Positions 12,620-24,685 of a DNA stretch of 64,000 nucleotides are shown in pieces. The stretch is from the NCBI GenBank assembly GCA_964106645.2, contig OZ067040.1; one strand, given 5' to 3'. Under the pieces are notes generated by a model. It was not told the origin of the DNA. It was given only the letters and a program-made list of their open reading frames with translations, and did no database searches. How positions within the stretch are numbered: position 1 is the first letter of the stretch; each line of letters starts with the position of its first letter. The position numbers and the translations under genes are program-made. The DNA is from Podarcis pityusensis. Taxonomy: Eukaryota.

Positions 12620-13660
12620 AGGCTAGGTTTTAGTAGCGAAAAAGCCCTGATAACTTTGATCAAAGGAGAAAAACAGGCCTAGTGTGACCCTGTTGGTTCT
12701 CCTTGAACTCCCAATGGCTTTTGACACCATACTGTGGTGTCCTTCTGGAACAGCTCTGTGGGGTTGGAGTTGGAGGTGCTGTATTATGATTTTACTCTTA
12801 TCAGCAGGGTAATTACCAGAAAGTAATTTACTTGGGAAAGTAGCTTTTGGGCTGTGGGGGTCCTACAAATGTTCATTCTGTCTCCACCTCCCTCATTATT
12901 AACTTAAAGAAGGAATTTTAAAACATACCTGTTTGTCCAGGAACTTGATGGCTGAAAGATACTGTTTCTAATCAACCTTGAAATTAAAAGTTCTGTGCGT
13001 ATGTGGCTGTTTTATAATGTATTTTTTAATTATATTGCTTTTTCAGTTGATAGCTGCCCTGGACTCCTTAGGGAGTTCTAACTCCTTTGGGTTACAAATT
13101 TAATAAATAGTAAAAATAATTAAAAGCACTTGAAATAGAGATTTTTTTATTTTTATGAAACCTCTATGAATACCAAAAATGAAGGGGCCAAGTATAAATC
13201 CTTTGGGAGGGAGTTCCACAGACTGTGGGTCACTGCTGAAAAGGCCTTATGCCTAGTGCATGCCTAGCTCAGTCTAGGCATGAGAATCTTAATCTCAGGG
13301 GTGTGGGGTCGAGCCCCATGTTGGGTAAAATATTCCTGCATTGCAGGGGGCTGGACTAGATGGCCCTTGTGGTCCCTTCCAACTCTGTGTGTCTATGAAT
13401 TTAACTGATTTTAAATGAGAGTCAGCAGGTAGGGCCCCTGATGCAGATATCAAGGCACGGGCAGGTTCATACAGGTTCAAGTTGTCCTTCAAATAACCAT
13501 GCCCCCAAACAATTTAAAGACTTTAAAGGCCAAGACTGGCACTTTGAATTGGGCTTGGAAACACACTGGTAGCCAGTGCAGAATGCTTGCAATGTGCCTA
13601 GACTGCCTAGCCCCACAAGCACAGAACTGGCCACATTCCGTATCAGCTGAAGTTTCTGTG
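12620..13660. mobile_element. Old L2/CR1 LINE fragments (+ strand RT piece about 12620-13100, - strand piece about 13180-13660)
   Basis: Degenerate LLDLSAAFDT-like coding (ctccttgaactcccaatggcttttgacacc) and the typical L2 motif gggagggagttccaca...gctgaaaaggcc. Confidence 0.5.
13262..13398 (+). mobile_element. SINE with tRNA-Lys(CTT)-derived head and CR1-type 3' tail
   Basis: gcctagctcagtc...gcatgaga.tcttaatctcagg.gt.tggg.tcgagcccca.gttggg matches tRNA-Lys-CTT. The tail gcagggggctggactagatggcccttgtggtcccttccaactct matches the CR1 3' end at about 57370-57420. Confidence 0.75.
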
Positions 13661-14850
13661 CCCCTTATAATGAATTAGCATAATTTACAGTATTTGGTGA
13701 ACCCCCTCCCTCCTTATTTTAAGCATGTCACATTCTTTCATATACAAAAATAGTTATCGTATCCTCTCCCCCGGTGTATGGTTCAACAGAGTAAAGGTGT
13801 CTTATCAGATGGATGCCGTAGGCAGGACTTCAAAAGTTTATTATCAAGAACCTCTGGTCTAGTGGGAGGTTCATACTCCCAATTTCCCAGTTGCCTTCCT
13901 ACCTGAGGATACTGGCAAGTGCCTGGAACCTATCCTAGTTAAGGAAAAGGTGTGAGTCAGCTTTGGATGTCCTGCCTGCAGGACTCAGCTGAGTTTGCGC
14001 CATCTGCTGGATCATGCCCTGTGGAAAGGATAGATCCAAACCTCACGGGTAAGTGCACAAATTTATCTGTGTTATTTTGTTGGCATCAGAAGTATTAGAT
14101 AAGCAACAAAATAATTTTGATGGGCACCTCTTTCGTTTTATGATTATATCCCATTGATCATTGGAAGCAATTTGGCAGGCCATTGAGTGTCACAATCATT
14201 ACATTACCAATGAATTATAAAAGAAAATAGGTTCACTGACTTGTGTTTGCTGTTTTGTGGCAGCCATGAGCACCGAGGGATATTTACAAACCTTCTGAAA
14301 TAAAATAATTTTATGCACTGGTTCCTATGATAACTCACAGAAATCAGTTACGGAATTTTTGCAAATAATTTAGAATATTTTACATGTTCTGATGCAGTGA
14401 TATTTAAAATCTAGATGAAAAAATAGATTTTTCAGGATACACACATCTCCACTGGAGAGCTGCATGTGTGCACTGATACAAATTTTTGGAATTGTTGTGC
14501 ATGAGTTATTAGTGATTCGTTTTTAAAACTCCTTTTGTTTTTGCATATTTACAATCTGTTCAGACCAATTACTAGTGTTCTGGATCACTGCATTTTTGAG
14601 CATTTGTCTTTCCATGATATTAATCATTGTATGTATGTGTGATTTTAATATCTTTGATTCTGTGGAAGACATTCCTGTCCAGGTAAATTTGAAAAGTCAA
14701 TATTTTTTCCCTAGTACTCAGTATAGTGCTAGAAATGCTACTTTCCAAAGTTGTTTTTAGAATGAGAAAAAAATAACCTGTTGTAAAAGTGCTGATGAGC
14801 AATAATATTTAATGTTTTTCCTCTTTTCCCTCTTCCTCATGGTACTCCAG

Positions 14851-14865
14851 AAATTTATGATGAAG
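14851..14865 (+). CDS. RYR2: RYR2 microexon 5 (KFMMK), 15 nt, phase 0-0
   Basis: Pyrimidine tract, ctccag|AAATTTATGATGAAG|gtaagc. Confidence 0.95.
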
Positions 14866-15616
14866 GTAAGCTTGAAAACTGTTGTTTAATTAATTTATCT
14901 CTTCTCGACCAAGACTAGTTCAGAAGAGATACAAAACTCTGTATCACAGTAAAAGTCAATTAAATAGTCAATTAAAAAAAAAATCTTAACCAGACAGTTG
15001 TAAAAAGCCAATTGGTTAAATAGCCTTTCTATAACATACTGAACATCCAGCATTCACAAAGAAGGAAATTTGTAAGAAGATTTATACTGCTCTCCCTGGC
15101 CAAACATGGTTATATAGTGGCTAAGGATCAGATTTAATAATTATTAATATTATAGTAAAATTATGAAATTTGGCTCAAATACATGGAACCTGGCTATAAT
15201 GTCTGTAAAATTCTGTAATGCATTTGAGGTACTAAACTGTACCAAATGCCACTGGATACTTTACAAAAGTTTTCAGGATTTTTTTCTGTCCCTCAACTTT
15301 GTCATAACTTTCCTCATTCTGTTGTTAAGCTTCAGTATTCATGCCTTTTAGTGGTTTATTTTTTTCACCAAAAATTCTGAGGGTTTGCCTTTTCAATATG
15401 CGGTAAACTATATAAGTTTTCTAGTTTTTAACAGGGTTTATTAAACTGCTATCTGCTACTGTGTTGTGTGAGATGTTGATTGGATCTTGGAGGATTAACT
15501 TCATTTTTGCTACATCTGAGATGATTGCCTGCAGTGCTCTTTTCTAAATCCCATCTAGCTATTAGAAGTGCAGTGTTGTCAGTTAAGTTTATTTGTTTAA
15601 TGTTTAATCATTATTT

Positions 15617-15723
15617 CATAGAATCATAGAATCATAGAGTTGGAAGAGACCACAAGGGCCATCGAGTCCAACCCCCTGCCAAGCAGGAAACACCATCAGA
15701 GCACTCCTGACATATGGTTGTCA
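15617..15723 (-). mobile_element. CR1 LINE 3' terminal fragment, heavily 5'-truncated
   Basis: (CATAGAAT)n tail plus a body that is the exact reverse complement of about 57326-57430. Confidence 0.9.
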
Positions 15724-16380
15724 TTTGCTTAATGCTTTTATTTTGCTGTATAAGCAGCATTATTATTTTTTTTGGTATAATGTCCTTAAAATCATTGCAC
15801 TTCTAACAGTCAGTTTGCGTAGGTTTGAGACAGGGCATTCTTGGGACTCAGCTATACAGCTGCAAATAAAACATTTTAAGTGTGTTTTAAGTGCAATATA
15901 CAAGGTGGCACTAGATGGCAATGGTGAGCCTTATGGAAAATTCAATGTATTTTCAAAAAGGCTTTTAAAACAAAGCATTTTCAGAACAGTTTTTATATGT
16001 TCCTAGATTCCACCTTGGTGGCAATTCAGCACATATCTAGCAGTAGCTGACAGTGTGGTGGGGTGGTGCTGTTCACCAGACCCCTCTGGCTGTGTTCTGT
16101 TGTGTACTGAGAGTGAGGGGTGAGGCAGTGGTGAGGCCAGCTCAGTGCCAGCATCTTGGTGGAGCCCATTTGGCACTTAAGCTGGCACATTTGCACTGCT
16201 GGTGCTTTGCCCTCTCTGTCCCACTATGCGGCAGTGATGCAGCCAGAGGGAGTGTTCTGTTTGCGACTGGTTTCTAAGATGAAAATTAATTTGTAGCCAA
16301 TATACCATTTAGGCAAATTAAATACAAATGTATTCAAAATCTGCATGTTCCCTGTGATTCTACTTCTGGAAGTGAATACC

Positions 16381-16970
16381 TGTCAGAGCTGGTTCAGATG
16401 CAGGTTAGCACACAAGACACAGAGTTCGGCAGTGCAGTTGATTCTTTTTTTCAAGAAAAAGGCATACAGCTCAACAATACCTCCCGTCAGGACTGATGGT
16501 GCCCGCCTTCTGCTTCCTCTAGGTCTCTGTTTCCCACGCAGCCTCAAACTATATCAGGCACCTGTAATCTCTGTTTCGCCCTACGCATCGCCCTACATGT
16601 CCTTGGAGTCAGGTGGGGAGGCAAGCTTGTCACAGGAGGAAGGCAGACTCCTGGGATTCTCTTCCAGCCTCTTGCCCCTCTGGTCTTCTTCAGCTCTGAG
16701 TCTGAGCTGCTCCCTGTCACAGGCTCTCCTTGCTCACTAAAGCCTGTTGCTTCTTCAGCACCCAACCCTACATTCTTCAGCATTCCTCCCTACAATCTCT
16801 CCCTGACTTCTCCTTGGTGTCCTACCACCAATCCTTGGGCTCTGAGCCTTTCTCTTTTGGGGGTTCCCTTGGGGGTTCCCCAGCTGGTACCTCCCACCAC
16901 TCCTTGTCATCTAGTCAGCCCTCTTTGTAGCTCAGTGATGCAGTGTGGAGGACCCATTCCCTCTCTACCT
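16381..16970. mobile_element. Putative solo LTR-like element
   Basis: Abrupt ~590-bp C/T-rich, GC-richer block starting TGT inside an AT-rich intron. Resembles squamate LTR remnants. 3' end and TSD not clean. Confidence 0.35.
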
Positions 16971-17034
16971 ATCGTTTGTGTGTGTGCATGCACACACATA
17001 CACACTTGTTTATCTTGTTTATCTCTTCCCGTTG

Positions 17035-17107
17035 AGTGTGTGTGCCTGCCTGCCTGCCTGCCTGCCTGTGTGTGTGTGTGTGTTGAATGTGTGTGTGTGT
17101 GTGTGTG
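17035..17107. repeat. (TG)n/(GCCT)n compound microsatellite
   Basis: Direct inspection. Confidence 0.9.
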
Positions 17108-18965
17108 CATGTGAGTGGAGTGTATTGGCCATGCCTTCTGCTGATCTGCAGATTATGGAGTGGTGGTCAACTCATTGTGGCCTTTGGGCTGAGGAAAGTT
17201 AACCAGACCTGATTTAGTGCATTATGAAGTAGACTTTGACCAAGGCTTCTCCATGAAATCTTAGCAGACATGAAAAATTCTGTTCAGAGTGATAGTCCTG
17301 GTAATATGGGTGCTCAGATTATATCAAGCTTTGTAGGACAAAATCAGCACTGACTAATGCCATTGAAACATTTCATGATTTTTCTCTCAGTCCATCCTCT
17401 CTGGATATTTCACCTCCAGGTGTTGTTGTTGTTAGGGACCTGTCTCTTGTACCATACACATGAATGGCACTAAATGAATAGGTAAACAGTTTATTACTTG
17501 CATAGTGTACATTCTTGAAAAAGAATGAAGAGCAAGTCTGTACCCTGAGGGTCTTACTATCTAGATAACAGATATAGGGGAGACATCATAGCAAGGGGAA
17601 GTAAATGAAGGCAAGGGAATAATATATTGTTTTTTCAGCTGTATGTATTTAGGCTTAGTTGCTGGAGGGCATGGGGACAAGGAAGTTGTTCCAAAGGCTT
17701 CAAGAAAAGGGTTTGCTTTGAAGAAGGATTTGAAGTCAGCAAGAGAAGTGACATCATGAAGGTGATATGGGAGGCAGACACTAAGTGCCTTTGAGGGTCC
17801 CTTCTGCAATCTCTGTTCAAGAGCGAATGTAGTTAATGCAAGAAAGAAAGTGGATGAGAGTTCTTTTAAAATCACATGTTTTATAAACCTTCTATTGTAT
17901 GTTTTACAACTGCTCGCATGATTCCCCCCCCCCCCATTAAGCCCAATACTGTACTTCTTTATTTTTTGCAAGTGATGGAAAAGAGCAGATGATGATAGAA
18001 ATGCTGTCTCAGCAGCAAAGATAAATATTTATATTTTATATTCAAGGCTACACTGTCAGTATCAATGCAGGAATGTATTACCAATTTATTGAGGAATTGC
18101 TGATTTTTTTTTTTTTTTTAAATGCATACATGCTAAGCTATCTGTTGCTGGGAAAGTAGACCATATATTTTGTGTTGAATATGTTAATCAAGATACCCGA
18201 TTTATCATCTTCAGTATGCTTCTAGCTATATGTTCAGTCATTCGCCAGCAAATCAATAGCTTTAAAATCAGGAGCATTTATCATCGTGTTGCCATAAATG
18301 ATTGTGAGATGATTATCAATGAATTGAGTCTCTGGAATAGAGGCTATAAAATATCCCCTTATTAATGAAATGTATGCAGGCATCTCATTTAGATGATTTA
18401 TTCAAGGCCTCTCTTCCCTTTATTTTGCTTGCATGAGCTACAGTTATAAAGCAATTCCCCCCTCTTCCTCTCTCCTCACCTGGTTTTGCATGTATAGTTG
18501 ATGGTGACAGATTCCATATACAGTCTAGCTTTTGCACTGTCTGTCACCCACTGTTGAGAGTTCCATCTCCAGAGAACAAGTCTGTTTATCACCAACTTTT
18601 AAAGTATCCTGAATCCTGATGCCTAGTGCAAAATTGCTTTAAATTATTGCCCCCTGTGTTGAATTATTTTACTTGAGATGGTTGTGTGTTTATACTGTAT
18701 AGCTATATGTATGGGGTGAACATTCTATGGCATGCACTGATAGGATTCTGGAATTTATTTTTTTTCTATGTTAGGTAAGAGATGTTCAGCAAATTCCAAG
18801 GCTAGGCCATTTCATTGTAAAAGTACATTGCCTTTGTGGGCTTATTGCAGAGATCATAAAATATTGCTGAAATGAGGTTCCCATAAGTTTTTTAAAAAGT
18901 TATTTGCGCTCTCCTAAATGTGACTAGGGCAGCACACAAACGTGGGTGTGTTATTGTGCCATGCC

Positions 18966-19111
18966 CAGTGCTTTTTTTCTGGGGGGACGCAGGGGTACAC
19001 ATACCCCTAAACATTTTGTGAATCTAAGTTTGGCCTCATTGAGGGGACATGTTTCAATATGAGTGGGAAAATTAGAGTAGCCCTAAACGTTTTTAAGAAA
19101 AAAAAGCACTG
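18966..19111. mobile_element. hAT-type MITE
   Basis: TIRs cagtgctttttttct...agaaaaaaaagcactg. Degenerate 8-bp TSD gccatgcc/gccacggc. Confidence 0.75.
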
Positions 19112-19586
19112 GCCACGGCGTAATACAAAACCTGAGGGTAGGGGAAATGAAAAATAGGTGTTTGACCCTTGGCTTTCAACACAATGAACTACAGTCCAGC
19201 AGACTGCATAGGCATTCCGGTTGCAAAAATGGTAATGGAATAGCGTAGTGGAACACTGCCCAGGTCATGGAAGAGCAGCTGTTTCAGAAGCCCATCTTGC
19301 ATCAAGAATTGTTACTTATTGTAGCCTACCAGAAGGGGTGGAATGGTTGTGCTACAATTTAGTAAGAACACAGACTGGCAAGGAGGTCTCTTGCCTAACA
19401 GGCTTTGCTGTTGTCTATTATTTTCTGGCAATTATATTTACATCTTAATAGGTGGAGCCAATACTACTGAGACACACACACACCTCTGTCTATCTATGTA
19501 TCATCTATCTTACAGTCTAAATCTAAGAAAACTTATATTGAATGCTTGATAAATCTATTTCTTTTTTTACAAAATTTGCTTTAAGT

Positions 19587-19756
19587 TGTAGAGCATGTGT
19601 TTTGCATGCAGAAGATCCCAGCTTCAACACTTAGTGTCTCCAGGTGTGGCTGGGATGACCTGTCTGAAACCCTGGGAGCTGCTGCCAGTCAATGTAGGGA
19701 ATATTCAGCTACACAGACCAATGCTATGATTTGGTATACGGCAACATCTTATGTTT
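19587..19756 (+). mobile_element. Old tRNA-derived squamate SINE
   Basis: gtagagcat...tttgcatgcagaag.tccca..ttcaa head and ctgccagtca.tgtag...ttggtata.ggca tail. A similar degenerate copy lies near 28270-28430. Confidence 0.55.
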
Positions 19757-19896
19757 GTGTGTTCCTAATACACACACACACACACACTACTATTTTGACC
19801 CCTCAGAATAGGGGCAATGGGTGAATCAAGATTTCCTTATAATAGAAAAGAACAATTTCATGCCAACATGCTAATGAATCCCTCTTATTCATGCAG

Positions 19897-19971
19897 ACTG
19901 CTCAAGGTGGTGGCCATCGAACGCTCCTCTATGGACATGCAATATTGCTGCGCCATTCATACAGTGGTATG
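19897..19971 (+). CDS. RYR2: RYR2 exon 6 (TAQGGGHRTLLYGHAILLRHSYSGM), 75 nt
   Basis: atgcag|ACTGCT ... GGTATG|gtatgt. Confidence 0.97.
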
Positions 19972-21448
19972 GTATGTATGCTGATGTTAATGTCTTCTTT
20001 CGAGGCATCAAAATTAGAGGGCTGCAGTTGATGGTTGATGGGGAAAACTATATGCAATTGTCATAGAGATTATACTCTGTATGTGTGGTAGCAGGGAATT
20101 CTGTGGCTATTCCTTTCCAGTGCAATCATCATTTTTGGCTATAATGCCCCCTGCATTATGGAATGCATTCCCAGAGGAGGTGAGGCAGATATCAACGTTG
20201 TATGAATTTCAGCCTGCTGTGAAGATATTTTCATTTCAACAAGCATCCTGTGGATGCTGGGTTTTTTGATAGTCAACTATTTTATGTATGATACAGATCC
20301 TGTATTTTATTTTGTTGTAAATCACGTAGAGATATGTGATTGTAGGCTATTGATAAATATTTTAAATAAGTCAGTAAAAACCTGCACAAATGAAATCCTG
20401 AAGAATTGCATCCGAGAGATTATCACAGTTGTTACCAGTTGACTTTCAATAATAGTTTCATTGTTGTAAACCACATGGATATTTTTTAATGAAATAGTGG
20501 TATACAATTATTATTTTTTTGTAAATAAAAATAACAAATACAAAGGAAGAGATTCACCTGATGAACCCTATAGGTGGAAGCCATGCACAAGGTCTTCCAC
20601 TTTTGCAATGGGGTTGTTCCCTTGGTGTGCTCCCAAAATTAACTCTGGGGTGAGGGAACGGAATGGGGGGATAATTTTATTTGGCAAGCTAATGTGCTTG
20701 TGCAGACGGAACATTTGTAACAGTACGGTATTGGATTTCACTCCTACCGTTTATTTCTTTTGAATCTATTATACTTCATCTGTAGTCTATACTCAACCTT
20801 AGAAATTTGGGGGTGCATGGGTAACATCTCTGATATTTATATGCTGCTTTTCAGGCAGGCAAACATTAAAAATGTTAAAACAGTAAGCTTCAATTAAGAT
20901 GGTTGAAGAAAAACAGCAAGGCAAGCTGCAAGCTCCTCCCCTCAGTGCAAGGTGGTTCTTAGGTAGCCCTAGGAGGAAGAGAGAGAGGTCACCTCAGTTG
21001 GAACACTTTGAGCAAGATGATGGACCAACTCTATTCTTATTGCCAGCCTCTATCTCCCTTTTTTGTAATGTGTAATGTTGTTGCCTTATTTTATTTAACA
21101 AGTTGACACTGTGAAAGTAAGCATTTGCATTTTCCTTTAAACTGGAATTTACAAGGGTTTCCCTCAGAATGCAGCATGTTCCCTTCCTTCAGGAAAAAGC
21201 AATGTCTTCTCACATTTGGGCTTCTTTCTTGCAGCATCTCTCTCCTACTTTCTCCTGCTTTCAGGCTTTGTGGTTTTGCTATGTCTCTCACATATAGCAG
21301 TTGTTATTCACACACAGCAGCCTTGAGTTCTGAGTCTATCTCTCTGTTTATGCTGGCACTCTATATGTAAAAACATCCCCTTAGAATTGCCCTTGCTCCC
21401 TTCTGGCAAGCCCATATCTACAGCTGCTCCATCTCCCTCACACTATTA

Positions 21449-21812
21449 CAGTGGTGCCTCGCAAGACGAAATTAATTCGTTCTGCGAGTTTTTTCGTCTT
21501 GCGAGTTTTTTCGTCTTGCGAAGCGCAGTTTCCATTTTTTTAAAAAAATCTTCAAAAACCTCAAAAAAGGCTACCACACCGCGTGCTATGAGTTGCTCCT
21601 CGAAGTCAAGTCGCAACTGCACCTCTTCAAGCAGTGCACCCTGTATTACTGTAACGGTTTTAAGAAAAAGGAAACAAACTTGCAAGATGTTTCCATCTTG
21701 CGAAGCAAGCCCATAGGGAAATTTGTCTCGCGAAGCAACTCAAAAAACCAAAAACTCTTTCGTCTTGCGAGTTTTTCGTCTTGCGAGGCATTCGTCTTGC
21801 GAGGTACCACTG
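21449..21812. mobile_element. pogo/Tigger-like MITE, family A (364 bp)
   Basis: TIRs cagtggtgcctcgcaagacgaa...ttcgtcttgcgaggtaccactg, TA TSD, repeated GCAAGACGAA motifs. Inverted sister copy at 60598-60972. Confidence 0.9.
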
Positions 21813-21886
21813 TATATAGCAAAGTAATTATATGTATAAATTGAATAAGGAGCATAAAACTAGTTTTTCTTTTCCTTGTTTCTTAG

Positions 21887-21965
21887 TACCTGTGTTGTCT
21901 CTCCACCTCAAGAACATCAATGGACAAACTGGCATTTGATGTAGGCTTGCAAGAAGATACCACAG
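21887..21965 (+). CDS. RYR2: RYR2 exon 7 (YLCCLSTSRTSMDKLAFDVGLQEDTT-G), 79 nt
   Basis: tcttag|TACCTG ... ACCACAG|gtaaat. Confidence 0.97.
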
Positions 21966-22794
21966 GTAAATAAAAGCTTTGCAAAAAACTGCACATTCTT
22001 TTATATGGCAGCAAGCTGAAATAGGTTTAAATTTCCAACAGAAACTTACAGTATTATACAACTAACAGCATTTGTTTGTATGTTCCAATAGACTTTAGAA
22101 TATTATATGTTCCCTTTTTTTTTTTACCTCACAAATGCCTAGTTCCTTTCCTGTTAAAAATGTATGTGAACATACAAACACTGTAAGTTATTTATTATTT
22201 GGAATCCCTAGTGAATCTTTCAACTGAGACTGGTTTTGACTTTCTTCTGTTCAGATAGTGTTCTGCTTGCAATTTTAAAGCTAATTCATTCAATATTTTA
22301 TAGGGCAGTGGAGACCATCTCTCCAAGGTGAATTTAGTTGCATGTTTCTTATTATCAGCTTTGTGAGAATGCATATTTTAAAACTATATCCATTCTACAG
22401 AAAAGGAGAGTGTGTGCCTATCACAGTTTGATTTTAACAGCAACATTTCTAGAACTATTCATTTAACACTCTTATTTAACACTCACAGTGTGGCAGTTGC
22501 TATTTTTTGCTTTGCAGACTCTTCTTTTGTTGACAGGAGATGTGGAATCATGTGATTATATGCAGATACCACACTTCTGCAATCTTTAAGTGGTGTGGAC
22601 TACCACCAAGTGTAGAATAGAAGTCCCATCCTAACCATTTCATAGAGCCGGCTTCATATTCCATATTCTCAAAAATACAGTTTTAAAAGGAGGTCAGAGA
22701 CAAAAATTAATCGTTAACGTAACAGCTGAAAATTAACTGTGGAGGAGCAATGGAGTCTTTAATATGAACTTGTCTCAGGGTATGGTCTAAAGGT

Positions 22795-22925
22795 GCAGTA
22801 GACCCACAACTTGCTGAAGGTGAGCAGGTCTGCATCTGGTCAGTGCCTGAATGGATGATTATCTGGTAACCACGTTTATACTGCCTTGGATTCCATGACG
22901 GAAAAAGGCAGGATACAAATGTACT
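22795..22925 (+). mobile_element. Degenerate 5S rRNA-derived SINE
   Basis: gaaggtgagcaggtctgcatctggtcagtgcctgaatggatga resembles the 5S internal region (gaagctaagcagggtcgggcctggttagtacttggatgggaga), followed by an L2-like tail. Confidence 0.4.
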
Positions 22926-22978
22926 TAAATGAGTAAAACTGTCAGCAGGCTAGCCATTTACTTTTGGGGAGCTATTGA

Positions 22979-23326
<348 letters not shown>

Positions 23327-23499
23327 TAGTGAGACAGACTCTAATTTTTAGACCATGTTTCTGATGTGTTATTGGATCTGAAAGTCAATACATACATGTT
23401 TAATGTTTTATTGTGTTTTTGTATATGCTGGAAGCCACCCAGTGGCTGGGGCAACCCAGCCAGATGGGAGGAGTACAAATAATCAAAATTATTATTATG

Positions 23500-24140
23500 A
23501 CGTATTAGTCATTGACCTGGTTCATATGGCATGAAAATGTGTGGGCTCTTAGCGAGGAGCTCACTATCGTGCCATATGCACAAACAGTTCTGGTCACCTC
23601 ACCTCCAAAGATACTGTGGAGATTAAAAAGGTCCATAAAAGTCCAACAAAATGATCAAGGAGATGAAAGACTCCTTGATAGAGAAAGGTTACAACATGTG
23701 TGGTGCAGAGCAAGTAGAAGTTCTTCACCCTCTCTCATAACACTAGAACTCGTGAACATCCAATGAAGCTGAATGTTGAAAGATTCAAGACAGACAAAAA
23801 AAAGTACTTCTTCATAAACCACATAGTTAAACTATGGGATTCACTTTAACAGTGTATAGTGGTTACCACCAATTTGGGTGGTTTTAAAAGAGGATTAGGC
23901 AAATTCATGAAGATTCAGGTTATCAACGGCTACTGGTCATCATTGCTGTGTTCTGCCTTCAATGTTTGAGGTGGTATGCCTCTAAAATACCCATTGTTGG
24001 GAATGGCAGGTGCGGAGAACACTGCTGCACTCATGTCCTGCTTGTTGGTTTCCCATGGGCATGTGGTTGGTCACTGTGACAACAGGATGCTGCACTAGGT
24101 GGTCCTTTGGCCACATCCAATGGGGCTCTTGTCTTCTTAG
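23500..24140 (+). mobile_element. Old CR1 LINE 3' fragment
   Basis: Typical CR1 3' ORF2/UTR motifs (gaagctgaatgttgaaagattcaagacagacaaaa..gtacttcttca, agaggattag.caaattcatg). Confidence 0.65.
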
Positions 24141-24472
24141 TAAAGAGCACAAAGGCAGATGAAAATAATGCAGTTACCTATTACCATTAGGTCAGATGCT
24201 AAAACAGCACGGTTTATTTATAAACAAACATGTATTCTCCAGCCCTGTCTCTGCGCGCCAATCAGAGCATGAGTTTATTTTACATAGAGGGTGGGAGTGT
24301 AACAGGAACATATGGGACGGGAAGTAAATTCTTCTCACAATGCACTCAGAATGTCTCGTCAGTATTTGCACTGAATTCTGATTTTACTACAAAATACTAG
24401 CTGCTTAAAGCTGCTGCCTATTTTAGTAGTAATGAAGGTTGCAAAGGCATAGTCCTGGCTTATAACTGCACA

Positions 24473-24643
24473 TATACATACATACATACATACATACATA
24501 CATACATACCCACATACCCACCCACCATATTTCTCTTATTGTAATTTGTTTTAAACTGTTTTTACCATTGTGTTTAAATTGTTAAATTGTTTAACCTGAC
24601 CTGGGACTTTAGACTGAAGAGTGGGCAATTGATGATAATGATG

Positions 24644-24685
<42 letters not shown>
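24473..24685. repeat. (ACAT)n microsatellite at about 24473-24530 and (GAT/AAT)n at about 24630-24685
   Basis: Direct inspection. Confidence 0.85.

Noticed and set aside
13262-13330. tRNA-Lys gene
   Set aside because: The D-arm and T-arm are degenerate and it is fused to a CR1 tail, so it is a SINE head rather than a functional tRNA.
13790-14070. Possible DIRS/LTR terminal fragment (also unclassified repeat-like blocks near 6200-6530, 27600-28030, 41440-41690 and 53815-54270)
   Set aside because: They look compositionally like old TE debris, but I could not identify termini, TSDs or coding motifs. A RepeatMasker/Dfam search is needed.
21446-21685. ORF with protein-like GALLEEVQLRLDFEEQLIARGVVAFFEVFEDF, repeated at 60552-60911
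   Set aside because: It recurs only because both copies belong to one young MITE family. There is no recognisable domain and the frames differ outside the shared core.
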